A model generated the notes under the pieces. That model did not search any database. It was not told the origin of the DNA and saw only the letters and a program-made list of their open reading frames with translations. Source: a virus (Duplodnaviria; Heunggongvirae; Uroviricota; Caudoviricetes). From it: a stretch of 4,231 nucleotides of DNA. The translations under genes and the position numbers were made by a program. Positions 1 to 4,231 of the stretch are shown one piece after another; within the stretch, counting starts at the first letter, position 1; the number at the start of each line of letters is the position of its first letter. The stretch lies in the IMG/VR virus record IMGVR_UViG_2713896789_000012. One strand, given 5' to 3'.

Positions 1-498
1 TCAAAAAAACACGGTGTTTTCCGGGTGCTGCCGGTAAAAGGCGCATCTGTCTATGGCAAGCCGGTGATCACCATGCCAAAAACCCGCAATCAGCGGGGCG
101 TGTATCTGTGTGAAGTGGGGACGGACACCGCAAAAGAAATTCTCTATGCCCGTATGAAAGCCGATCCCACGCCTGCGGATGAAGCCACGTCGTATGCCAT
201 CCGTTTTCCTGATGATCCGGAGATTTTTTCGCAGACAGAGGCGCAGCAACTGGTGGCGGAGGAGCTGGTGGAGAAGTGGGAAAAAGGAAAGATGCGTCTG
301 TTGTGGGATAACAAAAAGCGGCGTAACGAAGCGCTGGACTGCCTGGTGTATGCCTACGCGGCATTACGTGTGTCTGTGCAACGCTGGCAGCTTGATCTGG
401 CTGTACTGGCAAAATCCCGGGAAGAAGAGACGACCCGGCCAACCCTGAAAGAACTGGCAGCGAAGCTGTCCGGAGGAGTGAATGGTTACAGTCGCTGA
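1..498 (+). CDS. A: Terminase large subunit, C-terminal fragment (5' end outside the window); lambda gpA-like
   Basis: Frame 1 is open from position 1 to TGA at 496-498. The translation (...KMRLLWDNKKRRNEALDCLVYAYAALRVSVQRWQLDLAVLAKS...) resembles the lambda gpA C-terminus as I recall it. It sits immediately upstream of a gpW-like gene, as in lambda. Confidence 0.85.
   Translation, partial: SKKHGVFRVLPVKGASVYGKPVITMPKTRNQRGVYLCEVGTDTAKEILYARMKADPTPADEATSYAIRFPDDPEIFSQTEAQQLVAEELVEKWEKGKMRLLWDNKKRRNEALDCLVYAYAALRVSVQRWQLDLAVLAKSREEETTRPTLKELAAKLSGGVNGYSR
472..477 (+). promoter_or_regulatory. Shine-Dalgarno for the W-like gene, embedded in the terminase 3' end
   Basis: GGAGGA lies 5 nt upstream of ATG 482. 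Confidence 0.6.
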
Positions 499-688
499 AC
501 TGCAGGCGCTGCGTCAGGCGCGCCTTGATTTATTAACCGGTAAACGGGTGGTGTCTGTCCAGAAAGATGGTCGCAGAATTGAATATACGGCGGCTTCTCT
601 GGATGAGCTTAACCGTGCGATCAATGATGCGGAGTCGGTACTGGGGACAACCCGCCGTCGCCGTCGTCCGCTGGGAGTGAGGTTATGA
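482..688 (+). CDS. W: Head completion / head-tail joining protein, lambda gpW-like (68 aa)
   Basis: ATG at 482 is preceded by GGAGG (472-476). The 68-aa product (..LTGKRVVSVQKDGRRIEYTAASLDEL..) is the same length as lambda gpW and shares its central GKRV-x-VQKDGRR motif. Its start overlaps the terminase stop by 17 nt and its stop overlaps the portal ATG. Confidence 0.85.
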   Translation: MVTVAELQALRQARLDLLTGKRVVSVQKDGRRIEYTAASLDELNRAINDAESVLGTTRRRRRPLGVRL

Positions 689-2270
689 AACGAACGCCTG
701 TCCTGATTGATGTGAACGGCGTTCCGCTTCGGGAGAGTCTCAGCTACCACGGGGGCGGTGCAGGATTTGGCGGGCAAATGGCGGAGTGGTTGCCACCGGC
801 GCAGAGTGCCGATGCGGCCCTGCTGCCCGCGTTGCGTCTGGGGAATGCCCGTGCAGATGATCTGGTACGCAATAACGGGATAGCGGCTAATGCGGTGGCC
901 CTGCATAAGGATCATATTGTCGGGCATATGTTTCTTATCAGCTACCGTCCGAACTGGCGCTGGCTGGGGATGCGGGAGACTGCGGCAAAAAGTTTTGTCG
1001 ATGAGGTGGAGGCGGCCTGGTCGGAATACGCAGAAGGGATGTTTGGCGAGATCGACGTGGAAGGGAAACGCACGTTCACGGAATTTATCCGTGAAGGTGT
1101 GGGCGTTCATGCCTTTAACGGCGAAATCTTTGTGCAGCCGGTCTGGGATACGGAAACCACGCAGTTATTCCGCACGCGTTTTAAAGCCGTGAGTCCGAAA
1201 CGGGTGGACACGCCAGGACACGGTATCGGGAATCGTTTTCTGCGGGCCGGGGTGGAGGTCGATCGATATGGCCGTGCCGTTGCGTACCATATCTGTGAGG
1301 ATGATTTTCCTCGCTCCTGGAGTGGACGATGGGAACGGATCCCGCGTGAACTTCCCACCGGGCGTCCGGCCATGCTGCATATTTTCGAGCCGGTGGAGGA
1401 CGGGCAGACCCGTGGGGCCAATCAGTTTTACAGCGTTATGGAACGGCTGAAGATGCTGGATTCCCTGCAGGCAACACAGCTTCAGTCGGCCATTGTTAAA
1501 GCCATGTATGCAGCGACGATTGAAAGTGAACTTGATACCGAAAAGGCCTTTGAATATATCGCGGGGGCACCGCAGGGTCAGCAGGATAATCCGCTTATTA
1601 ATATTCTGGAGAAGTTCTCCAGCTGGTATGACACGAATCATGTGACGCTGGGCGGTGTCAAAATTCCGCACCTTTTCCCCGGGGATGATCTGAAACTGCA
1701 GACCGCGCAGGATTCAGACAATGGATTTTCGGCGCTTGAACAGGCGCTGCTGCGGTATATCGCCGCCGGTCTTGGCGTTTCCTACGAACAGTTGTCCCGT
1801 GATTACTCGAAGGTCAGTTATTCAAGTGCCCGCGCCTCCGCCAATGAGTCGTGGCGCTATTTTATGGGACGACGAAAATTTATTGCAGCCCGGCTGGCCA
1901 CGCAGATGTTTTCCTGCTGGCTGGAAGAGGCACTTCTTCGGGGGATTATCCGTCCGCCACGGGCACGTTTTGATTTTTATCAGGCGCGTTCAGCCTGGTC
2001 GCGGGCAGAGTGGATTGGCGCAGGAAGAATGGCCATTGACGGGCTCAAGGAGGTCCAGGAATCAGTGATGCGCATTGAGGCCGGACTGAGCACGTATGAG
2101 AAAGAGCTGGCGCTGATGGGAGAGGATTATCAGGACATTTTCCGCCAGCAGGTCAGGGAATCCGCAGAGCGGGAAAAAGCCGGACTCTCACGTCCGGTGT
2201 GGATAGCACAGGCGTATCAGCAGCAGATAGCGGAGAGCCGCAGGCCGGAAGAGGAGACAACACCACGTGA
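685..2270 (+). CDS. B: Portal protein, lambda gpB-like; 3' end runs into the N run at 2271
   Basis: ATG at 685 lies in an ATGA overlap with the W stop. About 528 codons are open before the gap. Long stretches match lambda gpB as recalled (YHGGGxGFGGQ, GNARADDLVRNNG, FEPVEDGQTRGAN-FYSVME, LQSAIVKAMYAATIESELDT, LLRYIAAGLGVSYEQLSR, WIGxGRMAIDGLKEVQE, EAGLSTYEKE). The stop codon is not observed; the 2321..2343 extension in the ORF track is read-through across N and is not reliable. Confidence 0.93.
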
Positions 2271-2320
2271 NNNNNNNNNNNNNNNNNNNNNNNNNNNNNN
2301 NNNNNNNNNNNNNNNNNNNN
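2271..2320. other. Assembly gap 1 (50 N) at the portal 3' end / protease 5' end junction
   Basis: Run of exactly 50 n characters. The portal stop and the protease start codon are not visible on either side. Confidence 0.95.
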
Positions 2321-3468
2321 GACGAGTACATGGCCGGAGGTAAACGACCGGCCCGTGTTTACCGGGTGGTGAACGGTATTGCGGTACTGCCGGTGACCGG
2401 CACGCTGGTGCACCGGCTGGGTGGTATGCGGCCATTTTCCGGAATGACAGGCTATGACGGCATTGTTGCCTGTCTTCAGCAGGCAATGGCGGACACCTCT
2501 GTCCGGGGCGTACTGCTGGATATTGACAGTCCGGGCGGGCAGGCCGCCGGTGCGTTTGACTGCGCTGACATGATTTACCGCCTCCGGCAGCAGAAGCCGG
2601 TCTGGGCACTGTGNNNNNNNNNNNNNNNNNNNNNNNNNNNNNNNNNNNNNNNNNNNNNNNNNNGGAGTGGATATCACGCTGATTTATGCCGGGGCGCATA
2701 AGGTGGATGGCAATCAGTTTGAAGCCTTACCGGCAGAGGTGTGTCAGGACATGCAGCAGCGTATTGATGCGGCGCACCGGATGTTTGCCGAAAAAGTGGC
2801 GATGTATACGGGGCTGTCTGTGGAAGCTGTCACGGGGACAGAGGCTGCCGTTTTTGAAGGTCAGTCCGGTATTGAGGCCGGGCTGGCGGATGAGTTAATC
2901 AATGCGTCGGATGCCATCAGCGTGATGGCTGCGGCGCTGAACACACATGATACAGGAGGCACTATGCCGCAATTAACTGCAACNNNNNNNNNNNNNNNNN
3001 NNNNNNNNNNNNNNNNNNNNNNNNNNNNNNNNNCTTGCCACGATGCTGGCAGGACAACAGGGCATGAGCGTTGAACAGGCCCGGGCGATTCTGGCTGCGG
3101 CAGCACCACAGCAGCCGGTGGCATCCGCGCAGAGTGAAGCCGATCGCATTATGGCGTGTGAAGAAGCTAAAGGTCGTGAACAACTGGCGGCAACGCTGGC
3201 GGCGATGCCGGATATGACGGTGGAAAAAGCCCGCCCGATCCTGGCTGCTTCACCGCAGGCGGATGCCGGACCCTCACTCCGTGATCAGATTATGGCTCTG
3301 GATGAGGCAAAAGGGGCTGAGGCGCAGGCTGAAAAACTGGCGGCCTGCCCGGGAATGANNNNNNNNNNNNNNNNNNNNNNNNNNNNNNNNNNNNNNNNNN
3401 NNNNNNNNGTGCCACAGACGTCAGCAGACGGTGATGCGGACGTGAAAATGCTCATGGCCATGCCATGA
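2321..3468 (+). CDS. C: Prohead maturation protease (S49/ClpP-like, lambda gpC-like) with C-terminal scaffold domain; start codon unresolved, interrupted by four N runs
   Basis: Segments 2321-2613 (..VVNGIAVLPVTGTLV..FSGMTGYDGIV..GVLLDIDSPGGQAAGAFDCADMIYRLRQQKPVWAL) and 2664-2983 (GVDITLIYAGAHKVDGN..EAAVFEGQSGIEAGLADELIN..) match lambda gpC as recalled. Segments 3034-3358 and 3409-3468 continue into a scaffold-like tail ending at TGA 3466-3468. The reading frame differs between segments, consistent with placeholder gaps. Confidence 0.85.
2614..2663. other. Assembly gap 2 (50 N) inside the protease core
   Basis: Run of exactly 50 n. The flanking protein segments (..KPVWAL | GVDITLIY..) are separated by about 46 residues in lambda gpC as recalled, so the true missing length is probably near 138 nt; the frame also changes across the gap. 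Confidence 0.9.
2954..2959 (+). promoter_or_regulatory. Internal Shine-Dalgarno for the nested Nu3-like scaffold start
   Basis: AGGAGG lies 4 nt upstream of in-frame ATG 2964, inside the protease coding sequence. Confidence 0.5.
2964..3468 (+). CDS. Nu3: Putative nested scaffolding protein (lambda Nu3-like), in-frame internal start within the protease gene; interrupted by N runs
   Basis: A strong internal Shine-Dalgarno AGGAGG (2954-2959) precedes ATG 2964 (..TGGTMPQLTA..), at the position corresponding to where lambda Nu3 initiates inside C as I recall it (..SGGRMTKETQ..). The downstream region is Ala/Gln/Glu-rich and helical-looking. The frame relationship across the gap at 2984-3033 cannot be verified. 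Confidence 0.55.
2984..3033. other. Assembly gap 3 (50 N) near the start of the scaffold domain
   Basis: Run of exactly 50 n, 18 nt downstream of the putative Nu3-like start codon; the frame changes across the gap. Confidence 0.9.
3034..3358 (+). repeat. Degenerate tandem repeat (about 140-150 nt, roughly 47-50 aa per unit, about 2.5 copies visible) within the scaffold domain
   Basis: Protein level: ..GMSVEQARAILAAAAPQQ..ADRIMACEEAKGREQLAATLAA / MPDMTVEKARPILAASPQAD..RDQIMALDEAKGAEAQAEKLAA / CPGM[gap]. DNA level: ggcatgagcgttgaacaggcccgggcgattctggctgc (3061) versus gatatgacggtggaaaaagcccgcccgatcctggctgc (3211), with the next unit beginning near 3352. Both ends of the array abut N runs. Confidence 0.7.
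3359..3408. other. Assembly gap 4 (50 N) inside the scaffold repeat region
   Basis: Run of exactly 50 n interrupting the third copy of the scaffold repeat. Confidence 0.9.
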
Positions 3469-3488
3469 AGCCAGTGCTGACCATCAAT

Positions 3489-3494
3489 AGGAGG
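3489..3494 (+). promoter_or_regulatory. Shine-Dalgarno for the D-like gene
   Basis: AGGAGG lies 10 nt upstream of ATG 3505. Confidence 0.7.
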
Positions 3495-3504
3495 TTTTAA
3501 CAAT

Positions 3505-3956
3505 ATGGTGACGAAAACCATCACTGAACAACGTGCAGAAGTACGTATTTTTGCCGGTAATGATCCGGCTCATACCGCCACAGGCAGCAGCGGGATTTCT
3601 CAGGCAACACCGGCACTGACGCCCCTGATGCTGGANNNNNNNNNNNNNNNNNNNNNNNNNNNNNNNNNNNNNNNNNNNNNNNNNNAGGCAGCAGCGGGAT
3701 TTCTCAGGCAACACCGGCACTGACGCCCCTGATGCTGGATGAAGCCAGCGGGAAACTGGTGGTCTGGGACGGACAGAAAGCCGGTAGTGCGGCTGGCATA
3801 CTGGTACTGCCGCTTGAAGGCACAGAGACGGTGCTGACGTATTACAAGTCGGGGACCTTTGCGACGGAGGCAATCCGCTGGCCTGAAAGTGTGGATGAAC
3901 ACAAAAAGGCCAACGCCTTTGTCGGCACAGCCCTGAGTCACGCGGCGCTGCCGTAA
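3505..3956 (+). CDS. D: Head decoration protein, lambda gpD-like; as given, interrupted by a 50-N run plus a 54-nt duplicated flank
   Basis: AGGAGG (3489-3494) lies 10 nt upstream of ATG 3505. The N-terminal part (..NDPAHTATGSSGISQATPALTPLMLD) and C-terminal part (EASGKLVVWDG..YYKSGTF..WPE..AFVGTA..) match lambda gpD as recalled. Deleting positions 3636-3739 restores a single in-frame 115-codon ORF ending at TAA 3954-3956; lambda gpD is 110 aa. Confidence 0.88.
3582..3739 (+). repeat. Perfect 54-nt direct duplication flanking gap 5; most likely an unmerged contig overlap
   Basis: aggcagcagcgggatttctcaggcaacaccggcactgacgcccctgatgctgga occurs at 3582-3635 and again at 3686-3739. Both copies encode GSSGISQATPALTPLML(D) of the D-like protein in different frames, and collapsing them restores the ORF. 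Confidence 0.85.
3636..3685. other. Assembly gap 5 (50 N) inside the decoration-protein gene, flanked by identical 54-nt sequences
   Basis: Run of exactly 50 n. The 54 nt before it (3582-3635) and after it (3686-3739) are identical. Confidence 0.95.
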
Positions 3957-3963
3957 CACGTTA

Positions 3964-3985
3964 TCAGGCCACCGCGTTGGCCTGA
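3964..3985 (+). other. Intergenic stem-loop between the D-like and E-like genes
   Basis: tCAGGCC-accgcgtt-GGCCTGa forms a perfect 6-7 bp GC-rich stem with an 8-nt loop, 8 nt after the D stop and about 30 nt before the E start. There is no downstream U-tract, so it is unlikely to be a strong intrinsic terminator. Confidence 0.35.
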
Positions 3986-4013
3986 CTGATTTCTGAATGA
4001 AAGGAACTGATTT

Positions 4014-4231
4014 ATGGGATTGTTTACGACCCGCCAGTTACTCGGTTATACCGAACAAAAAGTGAAATTTCGTGCGCTGTTTCTGGAACTGTTTTTCCGC
4101 CGTACGGTGAATTTCCACACCGAAGAGGTGATGCTGGACAAAATTACCGGAAAAACGCCGGTGGCAGCCTATGTCTCCCCGGTTGTTGAAGGAAAAGTGC
4201 TGCGTCATCGTGGTGGTGAAACCCGCGTGTT
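4014..4231 (+). CDS. E: Major capsid protein, lambda gpE-like, N-terminal fragment (3' end outside the window)
   Basis: AAGGAA (4001-4006) precedes ATG 4014. The translation (MGLFTTRQLLGYTEQKVKFRALFLELFFRR..AAYVSPVVEGKVLRHRGGE) parallels the lambda gpE N-terminus as recalled (..TTAQLL..EQKFKFDPLFLRLFFRE..ALYVSPIVSGEVIRSRGG). It lies directly downstream of the D-like gene. Confidence 0.9.
   Translation, partial: MGLFTTRQLLGYTEQKVKFRALFLELFFRRTVNFHTEEVMLDKITGKTPVAAYVSPVVEGKVLRHRGGETRV

Noticed and set aside
68-442. 124-aa minus-strand ORF and the overlapping 89-aa plus-strand alternate-frame ORF (179..448)
   Set aside because: Both lie within the terminase C-terminal coding region in non-coding frames, with Pro/Arg/Trp-rich composition. 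The terminase frame accounts for the region.
514-1110. 198-aa ORF on the minus strand
   Set aside because: It is entirely antisense to the strongly supported portal gene and has Arg/Pro-rich, low-complexity composition typical of spurious antisense frames in GC-rich coding DNA. No SD or recognisable domain.
1165-1671. 168-aa ORF on the minus strand
   Set aside because: Antisense to the conserved portal core; same reasoning. No recognisable protein family.
890-2068. Plus-strand alternate-frame ORFs inside the portal gene (890..1192, 1268..1450, 1721..2068)
   Set aside because: Out of frame with the portal, no SD, biased composition. These are overprinting artefacts, not genes.
2153-2699. Minus-strand ORFs 2153..2677 and 2217..2699 spanning N runs
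   Set aside because: They are antisense to the portal and protease genes, and their continuity depends on translating N as X.
2271-3685. Regularly sized N blocks as a possible biological signal (for example a masked repeat array or CRISPR-like spacing)
   Set aside because: N is unknown base, not sequence. The segments between the N runs are unrelated coding sequence of one operon, not repeats, and the single flanking duplication is explained by contig overlap.
3484-3959. Minus-strand ORFs 3484..3873 and 3600..3959
   Set aside because: Antisense to the decoration-protein gene and dependent on read-through of the N run and the duplicated flank.
3964-3985. D-E intergenic hairpin as a rho-independent terminator
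   Set aside because: There is no U-rich tract after the stem, and the major capsid gene immediately downstream must be co-transcribed at high level. Kept only as a possible RNA structural element.
1-4231. A novel defence or accessory system (toxin-antitoxin, restriction-modification, anti-defence, moron gene) in this window
   Set aside because: Every substantial plus-strand ORF is accounted for by a conserved lambda-like head gene in canonical order, with overlapping or tightly spaced junctions. There is no unexplained intergenic space or inserted ORF outside the N runs.

Overview
This window is the head-morphogenesis module of a lambda-like (lambdoid) phage or prophage, all on the + strand in the canonical lambda order: terminase large subunit C-terminus (A-like, 1..498), head completion protein (W-like, 482..688), portal (B-like, 685..~2270), prohead protease with a nested in-frame scaffold (C/Nu3-like, ~2321..3468), decoration protein (D-like, 3505..3956) and the start of the major capsid protein (E-like, 4014..window end). 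Calls rest on my recollection of the lambda proteins, not a database search. GC content and codon usage look enterobacterial, but I cannot name the host or phage. I see no tRNA, CRISPR array, IS element or cos site, and the long minus-strand ORFs look like antisense artefacts. Two things stand out. First, five N runs of exactly 50 nt each (2271..3685) break the portal/protease/scaffold/decoration region; they are placeholders rather than measured gaps, and the last one is flanked by a perfect 54-nt duplication, so it is an unmerged contig overlap. Second, the scaffold portion of the protease gene carries a degenerate tandem repeat of about 140-150 nt, bounded by two of the gaps. I do not see evidence for a novel defence or other accessory system; this is a conserved structural module whose main issues are assembly quality and the scaffold repeat.
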